Assembly (NCBI GenBank): GCA_048390825.1 | Contig: DBGCYC010000052.1 | Coordinates: 4,119-68,118, forward strand | Source of the DNA: Candidatus Merdousia sp. | Lineage (GTDB): Bacteria; Verrucomicrobiota; Verrucomicrobiia; Opitutales; Intestinicryptomonadaceae | Length of the DNA stretch: 64,000 bases | Reading direction: 5' to 3' | In this document: one piece after another, positions 9,768 through 22,747 of the stretch | How positions within the stretch are numbered: the stretch's first letter is position 1 | Layout: every line of letters begins with the position of its first letter | Notes under the pieces: generated by a model | What the model was told of the DNA's origin: nothing | Databases searched by the model: none | The model's input: only the letters and a program-made list of their open reading frames with translations | Position numbers and translations under genes: made by a program

Positions 9768-10550
9768 ATGAAAAACGCGAAAAAAGAAAAATGCGCCGAG
9801 CTCGGCGAGATAGTCGCCTTTATGGACTCATGCCTGCGCGTGGGGGAGTTCAAAGACTACGACGGGGCGAAAAACGGCCTGCAATGCGCCAACAGCGGCA
9901 AAGTGCGCTCGATAGCCTCCGCCGTGGACGCGGGGCTTGGGGAGATAAAGCTCGCGGCGCACATGGGCGCGGATCTGCTCGTCGCCCACCACGGAATGTT
10001 CTGGTCGCCGCCGATTCCGTTTACGGGGCGCAATTACGACAGGATAAAAACCCTCGCGGACTCCGACCTCGCGGTCTACGCCTGCCACCTGCCGCTCGAC
10101 GCGCACCCGCGCATAGGCAACAACGCGCTCATCGCCAAGGCGCTCGGGCTGAAAACGCTCTCGAGGTGCTTTGACTTTTGCGGCGAGAAGATAGGGGTTC
10201 TCGCCGCGGCCCCGAAGGGGGGAAGGGACGAGCTCGAAAGGCGGCTTTCCGCGCTATTCCCCGGGACTTTCAAGGCGATACGCTTCGGCCCGCGCGATCC
10301 GGAAAGGGTCGCGGTGTGCTCCGGCGGCGGGGGGGGCTGCGTGGAGGGGCTCGCCGAAGCCGGCGCCGACACCCTCGTGTGCGGGGAGCTCCCCCAGCAC
10401 TCCTTCGCCGCGGCGCAGGAGCTCGGGCTCAACCTCTACCCCTGCGGGCATTACGCCACCGAGAGGTTCGGGGTCATGGCCCTCGGGGAGCTCGCGGCAA
10501 AAAAGTTCGGGCTGAAATGCAGCTTCATAGAAATGCGCAACCCCCTGTGA
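9768..10550 (+). CDS. Nif3-like dinuclear metal centre protein
   Basis: NGLQ, AHHGMFW, HLPLDAH..IGNN, GHYATE. Confidence 0.92.
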   Translation: MKNAKKEKCAELGEIVAFMDSCLRVGEFKDYDGAKNGLQCANSGKVRSIASAVDAGLGEIKLAAHMGADLLVAHHGMFWSPPIPFTGRNYDRIKTLADSDLAVYACHLPLDAHPRIGNNALIAKALGLKTLSRCFDFCGEKIGVLAAAPKGGRDELERRLSALFPGTFKAIRFGPRDPERVAVCSGGGGGCVEGLAEAGADTLVCGELPQHSFAAAQELGLNLYPCGHYATERFGVMALGELAAKKFGLKCSFIEMRNPL

Positions 10551-10604
10551 TTTTTTTCTTCTAATGCGGGTTCAAAACGGATAGAAATTCCCGAAAACAA
10601 AAAA

Positions 10605-11042
10605 ATGAAAACCATCGCCCTCATAAACGGTCCAAACCTCGACAGGCTCGGCAAGCGCGAGCCCCAAATCTACGGCGCCGAGACGCTCTCCGGCATCGTG
10701 TCCGGCCTCCGCGCGGAGGCTGCGGGGCTCGGCATGGAAATAGCGGATTTCCAGTCGAACTGCGAGGGCGAGATAATCGACAAAATCTACGAGTTTGCCG
10801 ATTCCGGCGTGAAGTTCGGCATAATAAACCCCGGCGCCCTCGCCCATACGAGCGTCGCGCTCCGCGACTGCATCGCGGGCTCCGGAATGGCCTTTGTCGA
10901 AGTCCACATATCCAACGTCGCAAAGCGCGAGGATTTCCGCCGCTCGTCGCTCACAGCCCCCGTGTGCGCGGGCTCGGTAGCCGGGCTTGGGGCGTTCGGG
11001 TACTCGGCCGCCCTGCGCTACATAGCCTCCCTCGCGGATTAA
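10605..11042 (+). CDS. aroQ: Type II 3-dehydroquinate dehydratase
   Basis: INGPNLDRLGKREPQIYG, QSN.EG, INPGALAHTS.ALRD, EVHISN..RE.FR. Confidence 0.95.
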   Translation: MKTIALINGPNLDRLGKREPQIYGAETLSGIVSGLRAEAAGLGMEIADFQSNCEGEIIDKIYEFADSGVKFGIINPGALAHTSVALRDCIAGSGMAFVEVHISNVAKREDFRRSSLTAPVCAGSVAGLGAFGYSAALRYIASLAD

Positions 11043-11094
11043 CACCCTGCGCGCGCGTTTGCGCGGGTTCGCCGCGCCGCGCGCCGTTTTGCAA

Positions 11095-13185
11095 GTGCAC
11101 ATCGACATAGATTTTGAGGGCGAACTCAACCCCGACCAGCTCGCCGCCGTCACCTCCCCGTGCGACAGGCCGGCGCTCGTGCTCGCGGGAGCGGGGTCGG
11201 GCAAGACGCGCACGCTGACATACAGGGTGGCGTGGCTGATCTCCGAATGCGGGCTCCGCCCGCGCGAGATAATGCTGCTGACCTTTACGAACAAGGCCGC
11301 CGCCCAGATGCTCTCGCGCATATGCGCCCTGACGGGAAGGGAGGCGCGCGAGTTCTGGGGCGGGACATTCCATTCGCTCGGCAACCGCTTTCTGCGCATT
11401 GAGGCGGAGGCGGCGGGGCTTTCGCCCAACTTCACGATACTCGACTCCGACGATTCGGAGGCCCTGATAAAGGATTCGGCCGCAAAAGCATTCCCGTCGT
11501 ATTTCGCCGACAGGGACAACCCCAGGCCCAAGCTTCTGCGCGAAATCATAAGCTACGCGCGCAACACGCGCACAAGCGTCCGCGACGCCATGGCGGACAG
11601 GTTTTCATGGCTCGAATCCCCCTGCGGCGAAATAGAGGAAATCGCCGGCCGCTACGCCGACATGAAGCGCGCGGCCAACTCGTGCGACTTCGACGACCTG
11701 CTCGAACTCTGGTATTTCCTTTTGCGCGACAACCCGGATATCCTCCAAAAGTATTCCGGGCGCTTCAAGAATATCCTGGTCGACGAATACCAGGACACCA
11801 ACAAACTGCAGTCCGACATTCTCGACCTGCTCGCCTCTCACGGCAGGATAAGCGCCGTCGGCGACGACGCCCAGTGCATATACTCGTGGCGCGGGGCGGA
11901 GATAGGCAACATTCTGGAGTTCCGCGACCGCTATCCCGCCGCCCACATCTACAAAATCGAGCGCAATTACAGGAGCACGCCGCAGATACTGGAGTTCGCC
12001 AATTCCATACTCGCGGGCATGCCTTCCGACGAGGCGTACCGGAAGACGCTCGTGCCCGCGCGCGGCGGGTTTGAAAAGCCGTTTGTAATGCGCGCCATGG
12101 ACGGCGTGTCGCAGGCCAGAAGGGTATGCGACGCCATATCGGAGCTCGTTTCCTCCGGCAGGTGCCAGCACTCGGACATAGCCGTGCTGTACCGCTCGCA
12201 CTTTCAGGCGATGGACATGCAGCTCCAGCTCCAGCAGCGCTCGATACCGTTTGCCATCACCAGCGGCCTGAAATTCTTCGAGCAGGCCCACGTCAAGGAC
12301 GTCGTCGCCCAGCTGAAATTCGCCGCGAACCCGAAGGATTCGGTGTCGTTTGCGCGCTTTGCGAGGTTTCTGCCGAAAATCGGCGAAAAGACGGCGGCGA
12401 AAATATTTTCCCGTGCGGCGGAAGTGGCCAAAAAGCGCGGAATCGGGGAGGTCGGGGCGCTGTCGCACAGGGACGTTTTGGCGAAAGTTCCGGCGGCGGC
12501 GCGCGGGGCGTTCGCGCTCATGGCGGCGGATCTGCTCAAAATTTCAGGAATGCTCGACTCAATGAACCCGGTTTCCGCAGCGGCGCAGGAATCCGGGGGG
12601 AGCCGGCCCGCGCAGGCCGACTTTTTCGACGAAATGGCCGCCAATCCGCGCGTTGCGGGCGGCGGCGCGGAGCCCGAAAGGCCCGGCTGCGCCCCTGAGG
12701 GGCCGAAGGAGGCGGTGAGGCTCGCGTGCTCGGGCTGGTACCGCGACGCCATGAAAACCGCCTACGAGGACTGGGAGGACAGGTGCCAGGATTTCGACTC
12801 GCTCTTTGAATACGCCTCGCGCTTCGCGGGCATGGAGGATTTCCTCGCCAACGTCACGCTCGAAATTTCCGAGGCCGAGAGCGCGCAGTCGCGGGATTCC
12901 ACCGACAGGGTTAGGCTCATGACCGTCCATCAGGCAAAGGGGCTCGAATTTCCCGTGGTGTTCCTGATAAGCGCGGCCGACGGGCTATTCCCGACAAAGC
13001 GCAGCATAGACGACGGCGACGTGGACGAGGAGCGCAGGCTCTTCTATGTGGCCGCCACGCGCGCGATGGACTTCCTCGTCATATCCTATCCGCGAGTGAG
13101 CGTGGTCGGCGGCAACTACGAGATGCGCGAGCCGAGCCGGTTTTTGCAGGGCATAGACCCGGATCTTTACACGGTTTCGGAATAG
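11095..13185 (+). CDS. UvrD/PcrA-family ATP-dependent DNA helicase
   Basis: AGAGSGKT, LTFTNKAA, VDEYQDTN, VGDDAQCIYSWRGA, NYRS, TVHQAKGLEF, EERRLFYVA; GTG start chosen. Confidence 0.93.
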   Translation: MHIDIDFEGELNPDQLAAVTSPCDRPALVLAGAGSGKTRTLTYRVAWLISECGLRPREIMLLTFTNKAAAQMLSRICALTGREAREFWGGTFHSLGNRFLRIEAEAAGLSPNFTILDSDDSEALIKDSAAKAFPSYFADRDNPRPKLLREIISYARNTRTSVRDAMADRFSWLESPCGEIEEIAGRYADMKRAANSCDFDDLLELWYFLLRDNPDILQKYSGRFKNILVDEYQDTNKLQSDILDLLASHGRISAVGDDAQCIYSWRGAEIGNILEFRDRYPAAHIYKIERNYRSTPQILEFANSILAGMPSDEAYRKTLVPARGGFEKPFVMRAMDGVSQARRVCDAISELVSSGRCQHSDIAVLYRSHFQAMDMQLQLQQRSIPFAITSGLKFFEQAHVKDVVAQLKFAANPKDSVSFARFARFLPKIGEKTAAKIFSRAAEVAKKRGIGEVGALSHRDVLAKVPAAARGAFALMAADLLKISGMLDSMNPVSAAAQESGGSRPAQADFFDEMAANPRVAGGGAEPERPGCAPEGPKEAVRLACSGWYRDAMKTAYEDWEDRCQDFDSLFEYASRFAGMEDFLANVTLEISEAESAQSRDSTDRVRLMTVHQAKGLEFPVVFLISAADGLFPTKRSIDDGDVDEERRLFYVAATRAMDFLVISYPRVSVVGGNYEMREPSRFLQGIDPDLYTVSE

Positions 13186-13390
13186 TTCTTGACCGCCCGG
13201 AACGCCTGAATATTTTGGCGCCATAATGGCGTTATTATTTGCGCTTGCGCCGCGGACTTTGCGAACGCCCGCATGCGGGCTTTAATAGCTGCCGCGGAGG
13301 GGCTTCGGAAACTTCCGCAGCCTCCCGGGGCGTCTTTCCGGCCGGCCGCGAAAGGGCGCTATTTCAATATCCTCAAACCCCGTTAATATT

Positions 13391-14533
<1,143 letters not shown>

Positions 14534-14691
14534 GCCACGGGGGGCGCCGCCGCACCGGGGATTTGCGCGCATAGCTTCTTCCCCGCCGCGCCGGACAATA
14601 TCTTGTTGACTAAGCGGGGCGATATGCCATTCTCTCCGCTTAAATTTCAGCATTTTCAGCCGGTATTTTTTAATGTTAAAAGGCGCCTGAC

Positions 14692-15909
14692 ATGTCATTG
14701 ATCGTTCAGAAATACGGCGGCACGTCCGTCGGAAACACAGACAAAATCCTCAATGTTGCGAAGCGTATAAAGACTTTCGTGGACGGCGGGCACAAGGTGG
14801 TGGTTGTCGTGTCCGCCAGAAGCGGCGTGACCAACGACCTCATCGCGCGCGCCAAAACGCTCAACGCAATGCCCGACGAGCGCGAAATGGACATGCTGCT
14901 CGCGGTCGGCGAGCAGGAGACGATAGCTCTCACCGCTATGGCCCTCCATTCGCTCGGCGTCAAGGCGGTTTCCCGCACGGGGGCGCAGGCCGGCATACAC
15001 ACGGACTTTGACCACACCCGCGCCAAGATAGTGGAAATCACGGGCGGGGACATAAAAAAACGCCTCGACGAGGGCAAGGTGGTAATCGTTGCGGGCTTTC
15101 AGGGCGTGGACGGCGACGGCAACGTGACGACCCTCGGGCGCGGCGGGAGCGACCTTTCGGCCATCGCCCTCGCGGCGGCCCTAAAGGCAGACATATGCCA
15201 GATATACACCGACGTCAGCGGCGTCTACACCGCCGACCCGCGCATAGTGAAAAACGCGCGGAAGATCCCCGAGATGTCCTACGAGGAGCTCCTCGAGATG
15301 GCCTCCCTCGGCTCCAAGGTCATGCAGGCCCGCTCCGTCGAGTTCGCCCAGAAGCACGGCGTGGTATTTGAAGTAAGGTCAAGCTTTAACAACGAATCCG
15401 GAACCATAGTGAAATCAGAAGCGCCATCAATGGAGGACGTCGTCATCACGGGCGTCGCCGTCGACAAGAACCAGACGAAAGTCACCGTCAGGGACATACC
15501 CGACAAGCCCGGAACGGCCGCCGAAATCTTCCGCGAACTCGGCGAGGCCGGCATTCTCGTGGACATGATAGTCCAGAATCTGGGCCGCAGGGGAAGGGCA
15601 AACCTGACTTTCACCGTTTCCAAAGACGACGCCCCGAGGGCCGAAAAGCTCCTCGACAAATTCTGCTCGTCTTTCGAGGGGGCGTCGGCGGAGCTCACGG
15701 GCGACGTCGCCAAGGTTTCGGTGGTCGGCACGGGAATGCGCTCTCACAGCGGGGTTGCCGCGAAGTTCTTCCGGGCGCTCGCCGACAACGACATCAACGT
15801 GCAGCTCATCACGACGAGCGAAATAAAAATTTCCGTCGGCATCGACCTCGCGGACTCGGAAAAGGCGGCAAACGCCCTTCACGCGGCCTTCGGGCTCGAC
15901 AGACAATAG
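14692..15909 (+). CDS. lysC: Aspartate kinase
   Basis: VQKYGGTSV, TTLGRGGSD, TDV.GVYTADPR, two ACT domains, TSEIKIS. Confidence 0.95.
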   Translation: MSLIVQKYGGTSVGNTDKILNVAKRIKTFVDGGHKVVVVVSARSGVTNDLIARAKTLNAMPDEREMDMLLAVGEQETIALTAMALHSLGVKAVSRTGAQAGIHTDFDHTRAKIVEITGGDIKKRLDEGKVVIVAGFQGVDGDGNVTTLGRGGSDLSAIALAAALKADICQIYTDVSGVYTADPRIVKNARKIPEMSYEELLEMASLGSKVMQARSVEFAQKHGVVFEVRSSFNNESGTIVKSEAPSMEDVVITGVAVDKNQTKVTVRDIPDKPGTAAEIFRELGEAGILVDMIVQNLGRRGRANLTFTVSKDDAPRAEKLLDKFCSSFEGASAELTGDVAKVSVVGTGMRSHSGVAAKFFRALADNDINVQLITTSEIKISVGIDLADSEKAANALHAAFGLDRQ

Positions 15910-15916
15910 GCCTCTT

Positions 15917-17275
15917 ATGAAATTTGTAAGCACGCGCGGCGGGGGCGGGAGGCTTTCGTTCCTCGGGGCGGTCGCGGAGGGGCTGGCCCCCGACGGGGGG
16001 CTTTTCGTGCCCGAGGAAATGCCGGACATATCCGGGCTCCTGAAAGGCTGGGAGGGGCTCGGATACGCCGGTCTTTGCTTTGAATTTTTGAGGCTGTTTG
16101 CGGACGACATACCCGACGGGGATCTGAAAAAAATAGTATTCGAGTCCTACAAAAAATTTGACGACCCCGCGGTGGCCCCGCTGCGCGGGCTCGGGGACTC
16201 CCTTTGGATGCTGGAGCTCCACCACGGCCCGACGCTCGCGTTCAAGGACTTCGCCCTCCAGCTGCTCGGCAATCTCTACGAGTATATGCTCGCCAAAACC
16301 TCCCGGAAAATAAACGTGCTCGGCGCCACGAGCGGCGACACCGGCAGCGCCGCCATAAGCGGCCTGCTCGGCAAGAGGGGGGTGAGCATTTTCATACTCT
16401 ATCCCGAGGGCAGGATTTCCCCCTTGCAGGAGAGGCAGATGGCCTGCACGGGCGCCTCCAACGTCTTTCCTATCGCCATAGACGGCACTTTCGACGACGC
16501 GCAGGCGATAGTGAAAAAAATTTTCGCAGACGCCCCGTTCAAGGCGGACTGGAACCTTTCCGCGGTGAACTCGATAAACCTCGCGCGGGTGCTGGCGCAG
16601 TGCGTGTACTACATTTACGCATGGCTGAGGCTCCCGGCCTCCGCGCGCGAAAATGCGGTTTTCGCCGTTCCCACGGGCAACTTCGGCAACGTGCTCGCCG
16701 GCTGGATTGCGTGGAAATGCGGAATGCGCTGCGGCGGGTTCAGGGTCGCCACGAACCAAAACGACATACTGTTCAGGCTCTTCAATACGGGCGTTTACGA
16801 GGTCTCGGAAGTAATGCCGAGCTTCGCCCCGTCGATGGACATTCAGGTGGCCTCCAACTTCGAGAGGTTCATCTATTTTTCCGAAAACGGGGATTCCGCC
16901 AAAGTTCGCCGCATAATGTCGGAATTTTCCAGAACCGGGAAATGGGTTTTTGAGGGTTTCGACCCGAAGAATTTTTCCGCTTCCAGAATGTCCGACGGGG
17001 AGATACCCGCCAAAATTTCGGAGGTATGGGAAAAGTACGGAACAGTCATAGACCCGCACACGGCGTGCGCCTTCAAGGATTTGCCCGCTTCCCCGACGGT
17101 CGTCCTCTCGACTGCCAGCCCCGCGAAATTTCCGGAGCTCATAAAAAAGGCCCTCGGGTTCGAGCCGAAGTCCGGGATTCTCGAGAGGCTCAAGGGCGAA
17201 AAAATCGTCAAGACTTCCATGCCGGCCGACGCCGGGAAAATCCGCGCCTTTATAAGCGAACGCGGCATTAGATAG
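15917..17275 (+). CDS. thrC: Threonine synthase
   Basis: STRG, GLAPDGGLFVP, HGPTLAFKDFAL, ATSGDTG, NSINLAR, PTGNFGN. Confidence 0.95.
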   Translation: MKFVSTRGGGGRLSFLGAVAEGLAPDGGLFVPEEMPDISGLLKGWEGLGYAGLCFEFLRLFADDIPDGDLKKIVFESYKKFDDPAVAPLRGLGDSLWMLELHHGPTLAFKDFALQLLGNLYEYMLAKTSRKINVLGATSGDTGSAAISGLLGKRGVSIFILYPEGRISPLQERQMACTGASNVFPIAIDGTFDDAQAIVKKIFADAPFKADWNLSAVNSINLARVLAQCVYYIYAWLRLPASARENAVFAVPTGNFGNVLAGWIAWKCGMRCGGFRVATNQNDILFRLFNTGVYEVSEVMPSFAPSMDIQVASNFERFIYFSENGDSAKVRRIMSEFSRTGKWVFEGFDPKNFSASRMSDGEIPAKISEVWEKYGTVIDPHTACAFKDLPASPTVVLSTASPAKFPELIKKALGFEPKSGILERLKGEKIVKTSMPADAGKIRAFISERGIR

Positions 17276-17361
17276 CCCGCCGGCCGCGGCCGGCGGGCGT
17301 CAGGGCGGCGCCCCGCGGACGGCGGGGGCGCGAAATCCGGAACGCAATCAGAAAATTCCAA

Positions 17362-18933
<1,572 letters not shown>

Positions 18934-18966
18934 TTTCCGGAGGGCCGCCTGCCAAACTTTCTTTCC

Positions 18967-20841
18967 ATGAGCGAGGGACGAAAAAAGATCATAGACCTGC
19001 GCGCCGGCATAAAAAACCCGCTGCTCGCGCGGCTTTTCGGGCTCGCGGAAAAGCCGGTTGAGTCGCTTTTCGGCCTCAGCCGCCTCGACGACGCCTATTG
19101 CCGCCTCCACGCCATGGACGACGGGCGCAACTTTTTCGAGCGGGCCATCGACGTCCTCGGCGTAAAATTCGAGGCCGACCCCGAGGATATAGCGAAAATT
19201 CCGGCGGAGGGCCCGCTCGTAGTGGTCTCCAACCACCCGCTCGGCTGCGTTGACGGGATAATCCTCGGCGCGGTTCTGACGCGCGTGCGCAAAGACGCCA
19301 AGATGATACTCAACTCGATGCTTTCGCCGATGGACGAAATCAACGAGTGCTCCATATCCGTCAACCCTTTCGGCGGCAAAAAGGCGGCGGCGCAAAACGT
19401 CTCCGCGATGAAGGAAATCATAAAGACGCTCAAAAGCGGCGGGTGCGTCGGCACCTTCCCGTCGGGAACCGTCTCCTACCTGCGGCTTCGAGAGCGCTGC
19501 ATCACCGACCCCGAGTGGAACACCAACATCTTCCAGATGGCCCGCCGGACGGGGGCGTCGATTCTGCCGGTGTTCTTCGAGGCGCGCAATTCCCTGCTGT
19601 TCTACCTCGCGGGAGTCGTGCACCCGCGCCTGCGAACGGCGCTGCTGATACGCGAGATGTTCGCGGCGGCCGCGCGCGGGCCGGTCAGAATGCGCGTGGG
19701 CTCACCCATTCCTCCGCGAAAAATAGCGGGCTTCAAGACCGACGAGGAGCTCGCCGGCTGGCTGCGCATAAACTCGTACATTCTCGGCGGAAAGAACACG
19801 AAGGGCACCAGGGCGTCGGAGCAGCAGATTTCGGCGTTCCGCAAGAGCATGGAAAAGTTTTTCCCGAAAAAGGAGATGCAGGAGCTCATTTTGCCCATTT
19901 CCCCAGAAAAGATGGAGAGGGAGATAGCGGCGCTGCCGGAATCCTGCAAGATGGTGTCGGTGGGGAAAATCTGCGTTTACTGCGCGGAGGCCTGGCAGAT
20001 AAAGTGGACGCTCGTGGAAATCGGAAGGCTGCGCGAAAAGACGTTCAGGGAAGTCGGCGAGGGCACCGGAAAGAGCATCGACAACGACGAATTCGACCAG
20101 TACTACCTCCACATGTTCATGTGGGACTCCGAAAACAGGCGCATCGCGGGCGCCTACCGCATCGGGCGCGCCGACAAGATAATAAACTCCATAGGCGTGC
20201 AGGGGCTCTACGCCTCGACGCTCTTCAAAATCCGCCCGGAGCTTATGGAGCGCATAGCCCCCGCGCTCGAAATGGGGAGGTCTTTCATCGTCAGCGAATA
20301 CCAGAAGAAGCGCTCGACCCTCGCCGTGCTGTGGCGCGGGATAGGCGAATACCTCTACCGCCACCCGCAGTACAGGACGCTCTACGGGCCGGTGAGCATA
20401 AGCACGGAGTACAATTCGATATCCAAGGATCTGATAGTGCAGTTTCTGTCCGAAAAAAAGACCTCCGAAGAGCTCGCCAAATTTGTAAAGGCCAAGAAGC
20501 CCCCGAAGCTGCGCATGAAGAACGTTGACAGGCAGACCCTCATGAGCTGCGCGAGCGACATAGAGCACATTTCCGCGCTCGTCTCGGAAATCGAGTTCGA
20601 CAACAAGGGCATTCCGACCCTCCTCAAACACTATTTGAAGCTCGACGGGGAGCTGCTGGCCTTCAACGTGGACACGGAATTCGGCAGCTGCATAGACGGC
20701 CTGATAATGGTGGACATGCTGAAAACCGACCCAAAGCTGCTGAAGTCGTACATGGGGGCGCGGCAGACGGTTGAATACCGCAAATTCCACGGCCTGGAAA
20801 CCGAGGGCGTGGATATTCCGAAGGTCGGAGATGAAGCCTGA
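18967..20841 (+). CDS. Fused PlsC-type acyltransferase and GNAT (Acetyltransf_5) protein, OlsF-like amino-lipid synthesis candidate
   Basis: NHPLG.VDG and FPSG acyltransferase motifs; EIGRLRE.TFR.VGEGTG, GAYR, LEMGRSF, LLKHYLKL GNAT motifs. Confidence 0.8.
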   Translation: MSEGRKKIIDLRAGIKNPLLARLFGLAEKPVESLFGLSRLDDAYCRLHAMDDGRNFFERAIDVLGVKFEADPEDIAKIPAEGPLVVVSNHPLGCVDGIILGAVLTRVRKDAKMILNSMLSPMDEINECSISVNPFGGKKAAAQNVSAMKEIIKTLKSGGCVGTFPSGTVSYLRLRERCITDPEWNTNIFQMARRTGASILPVFFEARNSLLFYLAGVVHPRLRTALLIREMFAAAARGPVRMRVGSPIPPRKIAGFKTDEELAGWLRINSYILGGKNTKGTRASEQQISAFRKSMEKFFPKKEMQELILPISPEKMEREIAALPESCKMVSVGKICVYCAEAWQIKWTLVEIGRLREKTFREVGEGTGKSIDNDEFDQYYLHMFMWDSENRRIAGAYRIGRADKIINSIGVQGLYASTLFKIRPELMERIAPALEMGRSFIVSEYQKKRSTLAVLWRGIGEYLYRHPQYRTLYGPVSISTEYNSISKDLIVQFLSEKKTSEELAKFVKAKKPPKLRMKNVDRQTLMSCASDIEHISALVSEIEFDNKGIPTLLKHYLKLDGELLAFNVDTEFGSCIDGLIMVDMLKTDPKLLKSYMGARQTVEYRKFHGLETEGVDIPKVGDEA

Positions 20842-22558
20842 GTCCTGGAATTCGAGGCTCGGGGCCATTCTCGCCGTCGCCGGCAGCGCGGTGGGGCTCG
20901 GGAATTTTCTGAAATTTCCCGGGCAGGTGGCGATGTACGGCGGGGCGTCGTTCATGCTCGCGTACGTGATTTCGTTTTTCCTGCTGGGGCTGCCGATCGC
21001 GGTTTGCGAGTGGGCCATGGGCAGGCACGGCGGCGCCAACGGCTACCATTCGCCCGCGGGGGTGATAGGGTTTTTCGGGGGGAGCAAAAAGTTCGCGTAC
21101 TTCGGGGTGATCGGGGCGCTGCTTACGATGATAATATTTTGCTACTACGTCTACATAGAGGCGTGGTGCCTCGGGTATGCGGCAAATTTTCTCTTCGGAT
21201 CGCTCGATTTCAAAACCCTGGGGGAGTCCGGCGGGTTTTTCTCAGGCTTCGTCGGCGCGGGCGCGGACGGCAGCTCCCTGAAATTCGGGCTCGGAGGGGT
21301 TCTCGTCTATTTTCTGTTTTCGTTCGCGCTGAATTTCGTCCTCATATACCGCGGGGTTTCAAAGGGCATAGAGCTGTTCTGCAAGTACGCAATGCCTACG
21401 CTCATCGTGCTTGCGGCGGTGATCGTCGCGCGCATGATGACGCTGACGGACGTCACGCCGGAGCACCCGGAGCGCACCATAAACCAGGGCCTCGGGTTCA
21501 TGTGGAACCCCGTGAAGGTCGTCCTGGAGGAGGACAGGGGCGGCAGGTGGGTGGAGGCGCAGAGGCTCGTGGGCGACATCGAAATGCGCGCGGCGGAAGA
21601 GAAGGTCGCGGCCGGCGGGGGAAAGGCGAGGATACGCCGAATTTCGGTTTTGGAGCAGCTGTCAAACCCCTCGATTTGGATTGCGGCGGCGGGGCAGGTG
21701 TTTTTCAGCCTGACCGTCGGTTTCGGATCAATAATGACATACGCCAGCTATTTGAAGCGCAACGACGACATAGTTCTCAGCTCGGTGACCTCGTGCAGCG
21801 CCAACGAGTTTTGCGAGGTCTGCCTCGGCGGCATGATAACGGTTCCGGCGGCCGTCGCGTTTTTCGGGGTATCCGGGGTTATGGGCGCGGGGCTGAGCCT
21901 TTTCGACCTCGGCTTCAAGGTGCTGCCGCTGTTTTTTGCGCAGATCCCGCTCGGCTGGGTTTTCGGCTTCATATTCTTCTTTCTGCTGTTTCTCGCGGCC
22001 GTGACGAGCTCGCTTTCCATGCTCCAGCCGAGCATGGCCTTCATAGAGGAAGCCGTTAGGATAAAGCGCAAATTTTCCACGCTGCTGCTCGGGGTTCTCG
22101 CGTTTTTCATATCCGGGTTCGTCGTCTATTTCTCGGAAAATTTGAAGGCTATGGACACTTTCGACTTCTGGATGGGGCAGGTGGCGATCTACTTCTTCGC
22201 CATAGTCCAGACGCTCCTGTTCGCGTGGCACTTCGGGGCGGAGCGGGGAACGAGGCTCGCCAACGCCGGCGCGCAGATGCGCCTTCCGAAATTCTATCCC
22301 GCCGTCATAAAGTACGTCACGCCCGCGCTGCTCATAGGCGTGTTTTTGATGTGGCTTGCCAAAGACGTGTTCGGCGTCGTTGGCGGAGGCTCGATAAGCC
22401 CGTACATACTCGATCTGGTGGGCTCCGAATCGCACCCGCGCAATCCGGTCGCCGTCATGGCGGTGGCGATAATCGGCGCGCTCTTCGTGTTTTATTCGAT
22501 GATACTTTCCATGTCGCGCAGGTACGACGGGCTTTCGCGGGGGAGGGCTGAAAAATGA
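20831..22558 (+). CDS. Sodium-dependent transporter, NSS/SNF family
   Basis: W.SRLG.ILA.AGSAVGLGNF, QVFFSL.VGFG...TYASY, AAVTSSLS; many TM segments. Confidence 0.93.
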   Translation: MKPESWNSRLGAILAVAGSAVGLGNFLKFPGQVAMYGGASFMLAYVISFFLLGLPIAVCEWAMGRHGGANGYHSPAGVIGFFGGSKKFAYFGVIGALLTMIIFCYYVYIEAWCLGYAANFLFGSLDFKTLGESGGFFSGFVGAGADGSSLKFGLGGVLVYFLFSFALNFVLIYRGVSKGIELFCKYAMPTLIVLAAVIVARMMTLTDVTPEHPERTINQGLGFMWNPVKVVLEEDRGGRWVEAQRLVGDIEMRAAEEKVAAGGGKARIRRISVLEQLSNPSIWIAAAGQVFFSLTVGFGSIMTYASYLKRNDDIVLSSVTSCSANEFCEVCLGGMITVPAAVAFFGVSGVMGAGLSLFDLGFKVLPLFFAQIPLGWVFGFIFFFLLFLAAVTSSLSMLQPSMAFIEEAVRIKRKFSTLLLGVLAFFISGFVVYFSENLKAMDTFDFWMGQVAIYFFAIVQTLLFAWHFGAERGTRLANAGAQMRLPKFYPAVIKYVTPALLIGVFLMWLAKDVFGVVGGGSISPYILDLVGSESHPRNPVAVMAVAIIGALFVFYSMILSMSRRYDGLSRGRAEK

Positions 22559-22743
22559 CATTCGGCGGCTGGGCGACTTTCATTTTGTCGGTGGGCTCTT
22601 TCACGGCCCTGTTTGCGTGGTGCCTGTACAGGGTGGTCTTTTCCGATCCCCCCGGCGGCGGAAGTTCCGAAGCGCCCGGATTCGGGGACGGGAAGCCCGG
22701 CGCGCGCGGGCGCGCCGGGGGCCGCCGGAAGCCCCTGAAATAG
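22555..22743 (+). CDS. Small single-TM protein coupled to the NSS transporter (possible small subunit)
   Basis: ATGA overlap with transporter stop; MTFGGWATFILSVG...WCLYRV. Confidence 0.6.
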   Translation: MTFGGWATFILSVGSFTALFAWCLYRVVFSDPPGGGSSEAPGFGDGKPGARGRAGGRRKPLK

Positions 22744-22747
22744 AGTC

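Noticed and set aside
14534..14691. Lysine riboswitch upstream of lysC (also TPP before thiS and NiCo before czc)
   Set aside because: Leaders are too short or lack recognisable consensus elements
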